Source: a virus
IMG/VR virus record: IMGVR_UViG_3300034107_000136
Location: 1-64,000 of that record
DNA: 64,000 nt
Reading direction: 5' to 3' (one strand)
The position numbers were made by a program, and so were the translations under genes. Below are positions 25,622-36,328 of this stretch, piece after piece. Position 1 is the first letter of the stretch, and each line of letters starts with the position of its first letter. A model generated the notes under the pieces. That model was not told where the DNA came from and did no database searches. It saw only the letters and a list, made by a program, of their open reading frames with translations.

Positions 25622-26386
25622 ATGCCAATAATTTCAAGTGTATCAGGTAACTTTAGCCCCATAGGTAGATCTAGAAGACCAAAAAATAGTGTTATTGGTG
25701 GAACAATAACGTATTACACTTCTGGTGGAAAAAATTATGCCGTAAATACTTTTAGTACTGCTGGATCATATACCGCCAACATAGCATCAGCATTAGATCC
25801 TTTTGATATCTTAGTAGTTGGAAGTGGTGCAAGCGGCGGCGGCGGTGGATTTGGTAGTGCTGGGGGATCTGGGGGATCTAGTGCAGCAGGATATATAAGT
25901 AATCTTGTTGCTGGATCATATGCAGTAACGATAAGTGCCGCAGGAGGAACTACAACGGTATCTTTTCCAACACCTATAGTTAGGGCTGGTGCAGGAGCAG
26001 CAGCAGGAACATCACCATATCCAAACCTAACCTATTATGCAGGAGGTGGTGGTGGATCTGGATGTCCATATGATTGCTGTGGCGGTGGCTCAGGTTCAGG
26101 TGGAATAACATCCTCTATAACTGGAACTCTTTTGGGTTACGGTGGTGGTGGTGGTGGTGGCTCCGCTGGGTGTACAAATGGACCAGGAGGCTCCCAGCAA
26201 TTACCAGGTGGTGCTGGAGTAAATGGTGGTGGAGGTGGAGGAACTGGAGGGTCTGGAAACATTCAATCAGGAGGTAATGGAGGACCGGGAGTTCGCGGCG
26301 GTGGCGGTGGAGGATATGGAAACTACGCTTACGGAGCAGGTACTGGATCTTCTGGAGTTTTTATTATAAGTTATGAAATCGACTAG
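25622..26386 (+). CDS. Glycine-rich fibre/adhesin-like protein
   Basis: YAVNTF...GVFIISY. Confidence 0.7.
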   Translation: MPIISSVSGNFSPIGRSRRPKNSVIGGTITYYTSGGKNYAVNTFSTAGSYTANIASALDPFDILVVGSGASGGGGGFGSAGGSGGSSAAGYISNLVAGSYAVTISAAGGTTTVSFPTPIVRAGAGAAAGTSPYPNLTYYAGGGGGSGCPYDCCGGGSGSGGITSSITGTLLGYGGGGGGGSAGCTNGPGGSQQLPGGAGVNGGGGGGTGGSGNIQSGGNGGPGVRGGGGGGYGNYAYGAGTGSSGVFIISYEID

Positions 26387-26403
26387 GATGATATAATAAA
26401 CAT

Positions 26404-27198
26404 ATGGCTACAATAGACGCTACTGGAAGACCAGGGTACATGTATGATGATGCAACTGATGTTTGGTATGAAATCTCGGGTAAAGTTTCTACCGCCGCAA
26501 ATTATCAATGGATAGGCGCTCATCAATTTGACAATAACGTAACAATGAATGGTGCTTTGACTGCAACATTAAAGTTTAATTCTTTTCTTAATCCTGCCGC
26601 AAGATTGGCAGCAATAGCCACCCCCTCTACAGGACTTATAAGTTTTTTGCAGCAAGATGCGGGGGGTAACACAATAAATAGATTTGAGTTTTGGAGCGGC
26701 AGTGCTTGGATACCAATGGTAGATCAAACATCAGCGCAAACATTAACTAATAAAACAATAAGTGGTGCCTCAAACACATTGACAAACATTGCTCAAGCAT
26801 CAATCACATCGTTAACTACAGACCTTGCAGCCAAGGCTGATAGACAATCAGAAGATCTTCCAACAATAGCAATTGCATCAAATATTCTTACCTTTAACCT
26901 AACTAACTCAAACTTAGCAAACATAACATCAGCATCAGCAAACTTTACAGTTAATATTACAAACGCCCCAACGACAAACGATAAAGCAATTACTGTTACG
27001 GTGTTTCTCACTCAAGGTGCTACTGGCTATATACCAAATGCATTACAGATTGCAGGAGTATCACAAACAATTAAGTGGCAGGGTGGAACTGCTCCTACGC
27101 CAACAAGTACAGCAGGCAAGGTGGATATATTCTCATTCACTCTTAATCGCGTATCAAGTGCTTGGGTCGTATTCGGTTCCGCGCTATTGGCGTTCTAA
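26404..27198 (+). CDS. Appendage protein
   Basis: Paralog of 25013. Confidence 0.65.
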   Translation: MATIDATGRPGYMYDDATDVWYEISGKVSTAANYQWIGAHQFDNNVTMNGALTATLKFNSFLNPAARLAAIATPSTGLISFLQQDAGGNTINRFEFWSGSAWIPMVDQTSAQTLTNKTISGASNTLTNIAQASITSLTTDLAAKADRQSEDLPTIAIASNILTFNLTNSNLANITSASANFTVNITNAPTTNDKAITVTVFLTQGATGYIPNALQIAGVSQTIKWQGGTAPTPTSTAGKVDIFSFTLNRVSSAWVVFGSALLAF

Positions 27199-27911
27199 TG
27201 CCTAGACGTGGAAGTGTGGCAGGTATTTACGGTCCTAGTTCTGGTTTAGGAAGAAAAATGTTTAACCTAGCAACTGGTGGAAACACAGTCACAACTGTTA
27301 CGAATTATAATAGTACTGGAGAAATTTGGAAAGTACATACTTTTACAAGTTCTGGAACCTTTACTGTGTTGTCTGCACCACAAACATTTCGTTGGATTAA
27401 TATTGCTGGCGGTGGATATGGTGGTGGTGATCGCGGCGGCGGTGGCGGTGGAGGAGGCGTTTTATTCAGTAATTCTGCAATTCTTGCTGTGACCTCTTAT
27501 AGTTTTACTGTCGGCATAGCGCAGAATAATTCTATAGCATTTGGACAAACAACTATCGCTGGAGGAACTGGAGGATCATATTCAAGCGGAGCAGGCGCTA
27601 GTGGTGGATCTGGCGGTGGCGGTGGTGGTCCAAGCGGTGGTGGTGGTGCAGGAACAGCAGGACAAGGTAATAATGGAAACAGTGCTCCTGGATTTAATGG
27701 AGGATATGGAGGATCTTGGGGATCTTCTAGCAATATAACTGGAACCTCTGTAGCATATTCTACTGGCGGGGCTGCTGCTGACTGGTCAGGAGCAAACACT
27801 ACTCCCACTATCTTTGGGTATGGTGGGTATGGTGGAAGAAATAATGCAGATCAGTTAGGCAGAACAAATGGAGCACCAGGGGCTGTTATCGTTGCATATC
27901 AGATTGGATAA
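27198..27911 (+). CDS. Glycine-rich fibre/adhesin-like protein
   Basis: WKVHTF...GAVIVAY; TAATG coupling. Confidence 0.7.
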   Translation: MPRRGSVAGIYGPSSGLGRKMFNLATGGNTVTTVTNYNSTGEIWKVHTFTSSGTFTVLSAPQTFRWINIAGGGYGGGDRGGGGGGGGVLFSNSAILAVTSYSFTVGIAQNNSIAFGQTTIAGGTGGSYSSGAGASGGSGGGGGGPSGGGGAGTAGQGNNGNSAPGFNGGYGGSWGSSSNITGTSVAYSTGGAAADWSGANTTPTIFGYGGYGGRNNADQLGRTNGAPGAVIVAYQIG

Positions 27912-27952
27912 CGGTCACATCATAAACATATTGACAGTGATATAATAATCAC

Positions 27953-28504
27953 ATGGCTACAGGATCAACAACCACATACAACCTTCCTTACCCCCTTCCA
28001 ACTGACCCAGTAAACGTTGCTGGAGACATTCAAGCATTGGCAGGAAGAATTGAATATATTCTTCCAGAACTTACTCAACCAAATACAAAACTAACTGTTC
28101 AGAACGGAAGCATTGCTTCAATTGCCGCAGGCACTCCAGTATATATTTCTGGAACTGGAACTGGCGGGGAAATTCAAGTAACCAAATCAAATGCTGCAAC
28201 TGGTTCAACAATGCCATCAATTGGAATAGCAGCACAAGCAATAGGATCTACCAATAGCGGAGATATTGTTATCTCTGGAGTAGTTGATGCCGATCTTAAT
28301 ACTAGCGCCTATGCGATAGGGCAAATACTGTATGTCGCGGTTGGCGGGGGGCTTACAGGAGTCGCTCCAGTATATCCAGACCTTGCTCAGCAAATTGCTA
28401 TGGTTGTAAAAGTCAGTGCATCAACAGGAAGAATCATGATGCTATCTGGCGGCGGCGGCAACACTGGCCCTGTTACTTGGGGCCAATTAGCAAATGGATT
28501 GTAA
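27953..28504 (+). CDS. Structural protein (fibre/cement-like)
   Basis: YNLPYP..TDP start; GTPVYI...IGIA...G.LYV pattern. Confidence 0.6.
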   Translation: MATGSTTTYNLPYPLPTDPVNVAGDIQALAGRIEYILPELTQPNTKLTVQNGSIASIAAGTPVYISGTGTGGEIQVTKSNAATGSTMPSIGIAAQAIGSTNSGDIVISGVVDADLNTSAYAIGQILYVAVGGGLTGVAPVYPDLAQQIAMVVKVSASTGRIMMLSGGGGNTGPVTWGQLANGL

Positions 28505-28623
28505 CAACATCGTTATAATACTCACACTTTAATCTTCTCAATTCCCCCTAAACCGTATTGCGGATAACCCATATTATTGCTATACTGAATCCTTACCAAA
28601 TTTAAGAATGGACGGTGTTGTGC

Positions 28624-30567
28624 ATGTCATTTATTGATGACAATGGGTCTATCGTAGACCCCTACAGAAATTTTATACATATTTCAAGATACAGCAGATG
28701 GATGGAGGACAAGAGTAGACGAGAGACATGGGTAGAAACCGTAGATCGCTACATGCTTTTTATGAAAAAGCATCTTGTAGAAAATTATAAGTACAATGAA
28801 GATGACATTAAGTTTGCACAAGTAAAAGATGCAATCCTACACCACAAGGTGATGCCCTCCATGAGGGCTATGATGACCGCTGGGCCTGCTTTAGAGCGTG
28901 ATAACATCGCAGCATATAATTGCTCGTTTATCGCGGTAGACAGCCTGAGATCCTTCGATGAGGCTATGTATATCCTCATGAATGGTACTGGTGTGGGATT
29001 CTCAGTAGAGCAGAAGTATGTTGCTCAACTACCTGTTATTGCAGAAGAGTTATATCCAACAAATACCACAATTGTGGTAGAGGATTCAAAGTTAGGGTGG
29101 GCTAAGGCATACAAAGAACTCATTGGCCTTCTTGTTACAGGGCAGATTCCAGAATGGGATATGTCAAAGGTTCGTCCCGCAGGCGCACGACTCAAGACAT
29201 TTGGTGGACGTGCATCAGGACCAGAACCACTGAACGATCTATTTAAGTTTACCGTTGAGCAATTCAAGATTGCCAAGGGACGTAGACTCAAGTCAATTGA
29301 GGCACATGACATTATGTGCAAGATTGGCGAGGTAGTTGTTGTTGGAGGTGTTCGTCGCTCCGCTCTTATTTCCCTTTCTAATCTAGATGACTTTGAAATG
29401 GCTAAGGCCAAGTCAGGTCAATGGTGGGAGACAGAGGGGCAGCGTGCCCTTGCCAATAACTCAGCGGTATATAACATGAAACCAAATACTGCTCAGTTTC
29501 TTCGTGAGTGGAGAAACCTCTATGAGTCAAAGTCAGGAGAGCGTGGAATCTACAATATGGATTCAGTTCGCAAGCATATTGACAAGTTTGATCGCAGAGA
29601 TTCCTCAAAGGTTGCAGGAACAAACCCATGTGGTGAAATTCTATTGCGAGCCAATCAATTCTGTAACCTTACTGAGGTAGTTATTGATTCCAGCGACACT
29701 ATGGAAACCTTGAATGAGAAAGTTAAACTTGCTACAATTCTAGGAACTTGGCAGTCAACGCTAAGTAACTTTAAATACATTAGAAAGTCTTGGCAAACAA
29801 ATACAGAAGAAGAAAGACTCTTGGGAGTATCGTTAACTGGTATTTTTGGAAACAAACTTACTGGAACTCTTAATAAGGATCTTGCAGAAAACCTCACAAT
29901 GCTTCGCGAAACTGCGGTAGAAGTTAATGCCAATGAAGCAGATGGTTTAGGAATTGAAAGATCTGTTGCCATCACTACCGTAAAGCCTTCTGGAACTGTT
30001 TCTCAGTTGACTGGGGTATCTAGTGGAATTCATCCTTGGTATTCAAAGTACTATCTTCGTTCAGTTCGTGCAGATAACAAAGATCCTTTGACAATGTTTC
30101 TAAAGGACTTTGGAGTACCAAATGAACCAGACGTAATGAAGCCAGAAGCAACAACTGTATTCTACTTCCCAATCAAGGCTCCAGATGGAGCAACCGTAAC
30201 AACAGATCTCTCAGCAATTGATCACCTTGAGATTTGGAAGGTATATAGAACTTATTGGACAGAGCATAATCCATCTGTAACAATCAACGTTTCAGAGGAT
30301 GAGTGGGTTTCAGTTGGGGCTTGGGTATACGATAACTTTGATTCTATTGGTGGAGTAAGTTTTCTTCCATTGTCAGAGCATTCATACAAGCAGGCTCCAT
30401 ATCAAGAAATTACTAAGGAAGATTACAACGCTGCTGTTGCAGCAATGCCAACTAACATTCCTTGGCAGTCATTACCACTGTATGAACTAGTAGATTCAAC
30501 TACAGGAAGCCAAGAATTGGCTTGTTCTTCTGGGTCTTGTGACGTGGCTGATCTAGTTTCTGCATAA
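28624..30567 (+). CDS. nrdJ: Class II (adenosylcobalamin-dependent) ribonucleotide reductase
   Basis: YNCSF, GTGVGF, VGGVRRSA, TNPCGEI, TVKPSGT, C-terminal CSSGSC; no beta-subunit gene adjacent. Confidence 0.9.
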   Translation: MSFIDDNGSIVDPYRNFIHISRYSRWMEDKSRRETWVETVDRYMLFMKKHLVENYKYNEDDIKFAQVKDAILHHKVMPSMRAMMTAGPALERDNIAAYNCSFIAVDSLRSFDEAMYILMNGTGVGFSVEQKYVAQLPVIAEELYPTNTTIVVEDSKLGWAKAYKELIGLLVTGQIPEWDMSKVRPAGARLKTFGGRASGPEPLNDLFKFTVEQFKIAKGRRLKSIEAHDIMCKIGEVVVVGGVRRSALISLSNLDDFEMAKAKSGQWWETEGQRALANNSAVYNMKPNTAQFLREWRNLYESKSGERGIYNMDSVRKHIDKFDRRDSSKVAGTNPCGEILLRANQFCNLTEVVIDSSDTMETLNEKVKLATILGTWQSTLSNFKYIRKSWQTNTEEERLLGVSLTGIFGNKLTGTLNKDLAENLTMLRETAVEVNANEADGLGIERSVAITTVKPSGTVSQLTGVSSGIHPWYSKYYLRSVRADNKDPLTMFLKDFGVPNEPDVMKPEATTVFYFPIKAPDGATVTTDLSAIDHLEIWKVYRTYWTEHNPSVTINVSEDEWVSVGAWVYDNFDSIGGVSFLPLSEHSYKQAPYQEITKEDYNAAVAAMPTNIPWQSLPLYELVDSTTGSQELACSSGSCDVADLVSA

Positions 30568-30581
30568 TTTAATAGCATTTT

Positions 30582-30610
30582 GGGCGGGGTACTCATTGAG
30601 TGCCTCGTCC
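30582..30610 (+). terminator. Stem-loop after RNR
   Basis: GGGCGGGGTACTC-att-GAGTGCCTCGTCC. Confidence 0.65.
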
Positions 30611-30627
30611 TTGCTATAATATAAGAT

Positions 30628-33600
30628 ATGGCAATCGCATCTAATCTTTATGCATCAAAGGTATTCTCTGAACATCCGATTGCCTCATGGTCTTTAGATG
30701 ACGACATATCATACATATCATTAATAACTGAAAGCGAAAGAGACTTAGCAAATTGGACAGAACTTGTAAATGCTACTGAATCAGAAGTCATTGGGATGCA
30801 GGGCAGTCCATTTGAGAATAGTATTCTTACTGAAATCACTGCAATCAACCCTACATTAGTTGTAGAAGCATTCAGTCAAGATCTTTTTAATCTTCAAGAT
30901 TTAAATCAAGCAATGAATACTTTTGCAATAAATTTATTCCTGTACACAGACGGATCTGTCTTGTATTATGAATATGGATACCGATATATAGACCCAGACT
31001 CAGCAGAATATATTGAGAATGTACAAAGAGTGGAAGATTCAAGGTTCTCAACTTGGATTAGGGTTGGATCTACCTTTAATCCCCCAAATCTCAACACTCA
31101 AGCACAAGTAGTATTTCGTGCAGCATTTTCCTCTGGATCTTCAGCATCAATAATCTTAAATGGTCTAACTGTTGGTCAGTGGGCAGAGCCAACAAGCAAC
31201 GTATCTTTGGGTGTTATCCCACAACTAGTAGATGCTGATCTTCAATCTATTCTTGGACCAGTATACGGAGTTACAACACAAGCATATGGGTTATCGTCCA
31301 ATGACGGATACATTTTGGCTGAAGATGGAAAACTTTTAGCAATAAATCGCGGAATACCGATGGTATATGGATCGGACAACGTTACACGACTAAGTTCATC
31401 AGAAACTTTACCATCAGTTGTCATTCCTGGAATGGGTATGCTTAATGAATCTGGAAAGTATAACTCCTACACGATGGAAATGTGGCTTAAGATAGAAAAT
31501 AATCACGCAACATCTAGAAGAATTTGGGGTCCACTGTCTAGTAACGACGGGTTACACATAAAAAGAGGTTATTTATCTTTAGTAATAGGCAATTCTATTG
31601 GATCATACTTTGTATCAGAGTGGTACAGGCCAATGATCGTTCATATTGTTGTAAGAGAGAACTCGGCATCGTTATTGATTAATGGAGAAGAGGTAATATC
31701 AATTGCATTTGACACATCAAGTCTAATTTTGCCAGATATTACAGAAGATTGGATAGGATTTTACTGCCATCATGAAATGCCTATATTTGAATTAGATTGC
31801 ATCTCAATACTTCCATATGTTATCCCCGCCCAAGTTGCAAAAAGAAGATTTGTTTGGGGGCAAGGAGTAGAAAGTCCAGAAACTATTAACTCTGCTTATG
31901 AAGGTACGGTTGCATACATAGATTATCCATATTCAGAGTACACCGCTAATCAAACATACCCAGATTTTGCTAGATGGGATGCTGCGTACTCAGAAAACCT
32001 TGCAACAACAAGAAGATCAGTCGCCATACCAGATTACAGATTGCCAGATATATTTATTGGAGAAAAAACAGTTCAAGATTTATATGATGACAACTATTTA
32101 ATACAAGAAGTCGGTCATTCAAGATTTATGTCGTTTAGACCAAATGATACTTGGACAGATCCATGCTATTACTATTTTAATTCATTAAATATACTGACAG
32201 ATGTTGTCCGTGCGGCTTGGGGGGTATTTGAAGTAGAGACGCCCACAGCAGCGTCAGAACCACTCATGCACTTCTATAACTCTATCACTGGAGATTCATT
32301 CAACATTGATATAGATGGGTTAGAAATTACATACAATCTGTATAGAAATAACTCAATCACCCCACAAAACTTTAAAACAGAAACTATCACTTTAAATTCT
32401 CATTTTGTTGTAGGCGTTGATCTTCCAAGGCTATTTTCTTCCTTTGGAAGCCAAGTTGGAGAATTCTTTGGCAATCCGTCTGCAATTCAGATAAAAATTG
32501 GTGGAGATGGATCAACAACATTTTCTGGATGGATTTACCGTGTAGGATTTTCAAATCAAACAAATCTTGAAAAAATTCAAAATCATTTTGATAGCAATGG
32601 CATTGCAATTCCACTAGACATAGAACTACTAGATGATCATCTTGCATCCTACACACTGTTGCCCACAGAAGACTTTAATCTGTACTACCTTGATGTTGGC
32701 GTATCGTCATATTGGGAAGAATACTACCCGCTTTCATTTTTTGCAGGATCTCTCAAGGATTCATACGGCAATCAATTCTATGATCTAGACTTCATCCAAT
32801 ATAATATTGGATATCCAACTACTACGGTGCTAGTGGAGGATACTGTAACAGGCAGTTGGTCATATGAAGAACTATCTGAAGCGTATTCAATCCCAATAAT
32901 AAAGCCTTATGATGTGTTAGACAATGCATTGATATCTGGTTACAATGACTACGATGAATTAAAGAATAAAACGGTAACCGTAGAAAGTTATGATTTCTCT
33001 GAATCATCACTAAGGTCATACATAACCTTTCAAAAAATATCTGACGGATCAAATCGACCAATATCTGATTATCCACAAACGCAATCTATTCCAGCAACAA
33101 ATGTACTAGATGTTCCATCATTTATAAATCAATTTAGTACAAAGTTTGAAATAAAAGATCAATCAGTAATATATCCACCAAAAACTTTCGGCATAGAAGA
33201 TACAGCCATCGTAATACATTTAGAGGCAAACATATATGGGGTCAAGACAAATCCATTGAACATAAGGAAGATGTCTCTGTCATCAAAATCTTTAGATCCT
33301 TCAACGTTTAATCAAATAGGAACAAGATTTGGAAATAAACTGTATCCGTACTCAAAGACTGGTATCTACTATGACAATTCAAAACAAAATCCATACTCAA
33401 TATATAAAGACTCATCACCGTACTTATATCTAACAAAATACTCAGGAATAGAGTCATTAGGAGAAAGAGAGTTCCAAGTAGAACGAGGAATATCCATGCC
33501 AATAAACTCTGAGAAAAAAAACGGGGATAAGATCAGTGCGATCCAGTTATGGATAAAATACAATGGCGATACATTTACTCAATCACCAACCACCTTGTTT

Positions 33601-34248
33601 TCATTAGACTCAGCAAGCCTAGACTTAGGCTTTAACGTAATATCAGATCAAAGTGCAACAAGAGGTAGATTGTTTTCAACAAATCTTATTACTGGTCAAG
33701 AGTATGTGGATCTAACATTCTATCAAGATGGAATAGAAGTAATAACACCATACTTAGAAAAAAATAAATGGACTGTTATTGGCGTTAACTTTGGAACCCC
33801 TATTGGATTCTCAAATTACACGGGATCAATAAACCTATTCCAATCAGCAACATTTAATGATATTGCTTATTACAAAGCAACATCACTACAAGAGGCTCAA
33901 TCTATTATTTATAGAAGATGGGATAACGTTAATGGGACTCCGCTTACTCCACTTGATTGGCAATATTGGATAGGAAATACAGATCCTTATGGAAAGTGGG
34001 ACAACGTTCTTAAACTTGCAGAAAAGAATATTTACGGGGTAAGTCCAGAAACATTGTATAAATCCTATACTGGAACAAACAGGCAGATCGTAGATGATGG
34101 AGAATTGCTAGTAATATCAGAAAGCGGTGTAACAATTCTTTCAAGTAGCATGACCGATGAGACTTATAGTTCAACATACCCAACAAAAACTAGGGTGGTC
34201 GTGGGAAATAGTCCAGAATGGTCATCATATAACAAGAAACCAGTCTAG
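30628..34248 (+). CDS. Large virion structural protein with LamG/concanavalin-like region
   Basis: YTMEMWLKI...MIVHIVV...LLINGEEV pattern; 1206 aa. Confidence 0.6.
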   Translation: MAIASNLYASKVFSEHPIASWSLDDDISYISLITESERDLANWTELVNATESEVIGMQGSPFENSILTEITAINPTLVVEAFSQDLFNLQDLNQAMNTFAINLFLYTDGSVLYYEYGYRYIDPDSAEYIENVQRVEDSRFSTWIRVGSTFNPPNLNTQAQVVFRAAFSSGSSASIILNGLTVGQWAEPTSNVSLGVIPQLVDADLQSILGPVYGVTTQAYGLSSNDGYILAEDGKLLAINRGIPMVYGSDNVTRLSSSETLPSVVIPGMGMLNESGKYNSYTMEMWLKIENNHATSRRIWGPLSSNDGLHIKRGYLSLVIGNSIGSYFVSEWYRPMIVHIVVRENSASLLINGEEVISIAFDTSSLILPDITEDWIGFYCHHEMPIFELDCISILPYVIPAQVAKRRFVWGQGVESPETINSAYEGTVAYIDYPYSEYTANQTYPDFARWDAAYSENLATTRRSVAIPDYRLPDIFIGEKTVQDLYDDNYLIQEVGHSRFMSFRPNDTWTDPCYYYFNSLNILTDVVRAAWGVFEVETPTAASEPLMHFYNSITGDSFNIDIDGLEITYNLYRNNSITPQNFKTETITLNSHFVVGVDLPRLFSSFGSQVGEFFGNPSAIQIKIGGDGSTTFSGWIYRVGFSNQTNLEKIQNHFDSNGIAIPLDIELLDDHLASYTLLPTEDFNLYYLDVGVSSYWEEYYPLSFFAGSLKDSYGNQFYDLDFIQYNIGYPTTTVLVEDTVTGSWSYEELSEAYSIPIIKPYDVLDNALISGYNDYDELKNKTVTVESYDFSESSLRSYITFQKISDGSNRPISDYPQTQSIPATNVLDVPSFINQFSTKFEIKDQSVIYPPKTFGIEDTAIVIHLEANIYGVKTNPLNIRKMSLSSKSLDPSTFNQIGTRFGNKLYPYSKTGIYYDNSKQNPYSIYKDSSPYLYLTKYSGIESLGEREFQVERGISMPINSEKKNGDKISAIQLWIKYNGDTFTQSPTTLFSLDSASLDLGFNVISDQSATRGRLFSTNLITGQEYVDLTFYQDGIEVITPYLEKNKWTVIGVNFGTPIGFSNYTGSINLFQSATFNDIAYYKATSLQEAQSIIYRRWDNVNGTPLTPLDWQYWIGNTDPYGKWDNVLKLAEKNIYGVSPETLYKSYTGTNRQIVDDGELLVISESGVTILSSSMTDETYSSTYPTKTRVVVGNSPEWSSYNKKPV

Positions 34249-34266
34249 TCTGGTACAATTGTGGTT

Positions 34267-34659
34267 ATGAGTAATACAAAAATCCCCAAAATTGGTAAAA
34301 GTAAGATAACCCATATAGATAAAGGCTCTGGTCAGCGTAACATGTTTGGTTACGAGTGGGGTCTTTATTTCTGGAGGCTTCCAAGTGGAAGACTTTTTAA
34401 GGATGATGGAGGAAGGCTTCTTAATGTTCCTTCAGTTAAAGGAGACATTGGACAAATGTCAAAAATACGTCAAGCGGCAGCATCATACGGTCAACCAGAT
34501 GGTGAAGCATGGTTCTATGCTGGTGCGAACAGAGCCACAGATGAAGAATATGGAGAGCAACTTGATCGTCTTAATCAAGGGTTGATCCCATCAATGAATG
34601 ATCTTGGTGCAGTCCATGCTGCAAAGAAAACTGCTGCCATATACGGAGATGCCGAATAA
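34267..34659 (+). CDS. Hypothetical protein preceding the portal
   Basis: ATG 7 nt after TGGTACAAT; coupled to the portal. Confidence 0.65.
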   Translation: MSNTKIPKIGKSKITHIDKGSGQRNMFGYEWGLYFWRLPSGRLFKDDGGRLLNVPSVKGDIGQMSKIRQAAASYGQPDGEAWFYAGANRATDEEYGEQLDRLNQGLIPSMNDLGAVHAAKKTAAIYGDAE

Positions 34660-36290
34660 TGTCTGAACTCCTTATTGATGCAAAGTTAGCAGACGCTATC
34701 ATTGAGAATGAATTCTTAAATTCAGACCCATTCAATAAGAGTTGGGAATCCCTTATCGGATTTAACGGAATAGATAAAAATTTTAAGCGTAGAGTTGCTC
34801 GTACTGAAAAAGCAAACACAACAATTAACAACATTCCTCGTCAAGCAGACGGTCAAATCTCTGAAAGATACTTATCTGAAGCAAATGCAATTGGTCAGTC
34901 AGAAAGTGGAGATGCAAACTCAAAGAAAATTAATCCTGGGCAGGTATATAGAAATGGATATGGAATCTTTGATTTAATTACCCCTCCATACAATCTATAC
35001 GAACTCTCATCTTATTACGACACTTCATTTGCTAACCATGCGGCAATAGATACAAAAGTATCAAATACAGTCGGTCTTGGTTATAAGTTTGACATAACAA
35101 CAGAAACATTGCTTAGACTAGAAGCCACATCAAGTGAATCTGCAAAAAAGAAAGCCAAAAAGCGTATTGAACAATTGAAGATTGAATTGGCTGACTGGGT
35201 TGAAAGTTGTAATGATGATGATAGTTTAACAAAAACTCTTGAAAAAACAGTTACAGACATGCAAGCAACTGGAAACGGTTATATTGAAATTGGTAGAACG
35301 GTAACTGGTGATATTGGGTACATTGGTCACATTCCCTCAACCACAATGCGTGTTCGTCGTCTTCATGATGGGTATATTCAAATTATTGCAGGAACGATTA
35401 CATACTTTAGGAATTTTGGTGCTACCAATCCAAATCCAGTTACAACTGATAACAGACCTAACGAGGTTATTCACCTTAAAGAATACTCTCCACTCAATAC
35501 GTTCTACGGTGTTCCAGATATCGTTGCCGCAATGACATCTCTTCGTGGGGATCAAATGGCTGCTCAGTATAATATTGATTATTTTGAGAACAAGGCTGTT
35601 CCACGATACATTATTACCGTTAAGGGTGCCAAATTGACTGCGGAAGCAGAAGATAAGTTATTCCGCTTCTTCCAAACTGGACTGAAGGGTCAATCCCACA
35701 GAACACTGTATATTCCGCTTCCTGGAGATAGCGAGGGAAGTAAAATAGAGTTTGAAATGCATCCTGTAGAGAATGGTGTACAAGAGGCATCATTTAGCGA
35801 CTATCGCTTGAGAAATCGTGACGACATCCTTATGGCGCATCAAGTACCGCTATCTAAATTGGGCGGTACTGGTTCAGGTGGAACTGCTGCGGCAATGAGC
35901 CAAGACAGAACATTCAGAGATCAAGTTGCAAAACCATTACAAGAGTATGTTGAGAAGGCTGTAAACAAGATCATTAAAGAGAAGACAGACATTATCAAAC
36001 TTTGCTTTAATCAACTCAGTCTTATTGATGAAATTGCAGATTCTCAGATTAATGAAAGATATGTAAAGAATCAAGTTCTCACTCCAAACGAAGTTCGTGA
36101 AAAGATTGGATATCCACAAAGAGATGGTGGAGATGTTCCTCTTGAATTAAACCCAAGACAAGCAGCAGATGCTAAAGGAAATATGACGGGGAACAAGACA
36201 AGAGACACAGAAAGATCAAACAATCAGTCTGATGGTGCTGGAGCGGTAACAGGAAGAAACCCTAAAGGTGAAGGAGCAAAGACATCATAA
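34659..36290 (+). CDS. Portal protein
   Basis: TGNGYIEI, EVIHLK, YGVPD, YFENKAVP, LTPNEVRE..G motifs. Confidence 0.9.
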   Translation: MSELLIDAKLADAIIENEFLNSDPFNKSWESLIGFNGIDKNFKRRVARTEKANTTINNIPRQADGQISERYLSEANAIGQSESGDANSKKINPGQVYRNGYGIFDLITPPYNLYELSSYYDTSFANHAAIDTKVSNTVGLGYKFDITTETLLRLEATSSESAKKKAKKRIEQLKIELADWVESCNDDDSLTKTLEKTVTDMQATGNGYIEIGRTVTGDIGYIGHIPSTTMRVRRLHDGYIQIIAGTITYFRNFGATNPNPVTTDNRPNEVIHLKEYSPLNTFYGVPDIVAAMTSLRGDQMAAQYNIDYFENKAVPRYIITVKGAKLTAEAEDKLFRFFQTGLKGQSHRTLYIPLPGDSEGSKIEFEMHPVENGVQEASFSDYRLRNRDDILMAHQVPLSKLGGTGSGGTAAAMSQDRTFRDQVAKPLQEYVEKAVNKIIKEKTDIIKLCFNQLSLIDEIADSQINERYVKNQVLTPNEVREKIGYPQRDGGDVPLELNPRQAADAKGNMTGNKTRDTERSNNQSDGAGAVTGRNPKGEGAKTS

Positions 36291-36328
36291 CGAAATCGTT
36301 ATAAAATGATGTTATAATTACAATAGTC

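Noticed and set aside
7506-27808. His-, Pro- or Trp/Arg-rich short ORFs (e.g. 7506-7688, 16635-16976, 16765-16983, 26074-26277, 27497-27808)
   Set aside because: Alternate-frame or antisense shadows of poly-Gly codons.
28624-30567. Intein or intron in RNR, or a class I RNR
   Set aside because: The ORF is continuous and compact with no intein motifs seen, and there is no adjacent beta-subunit gene.
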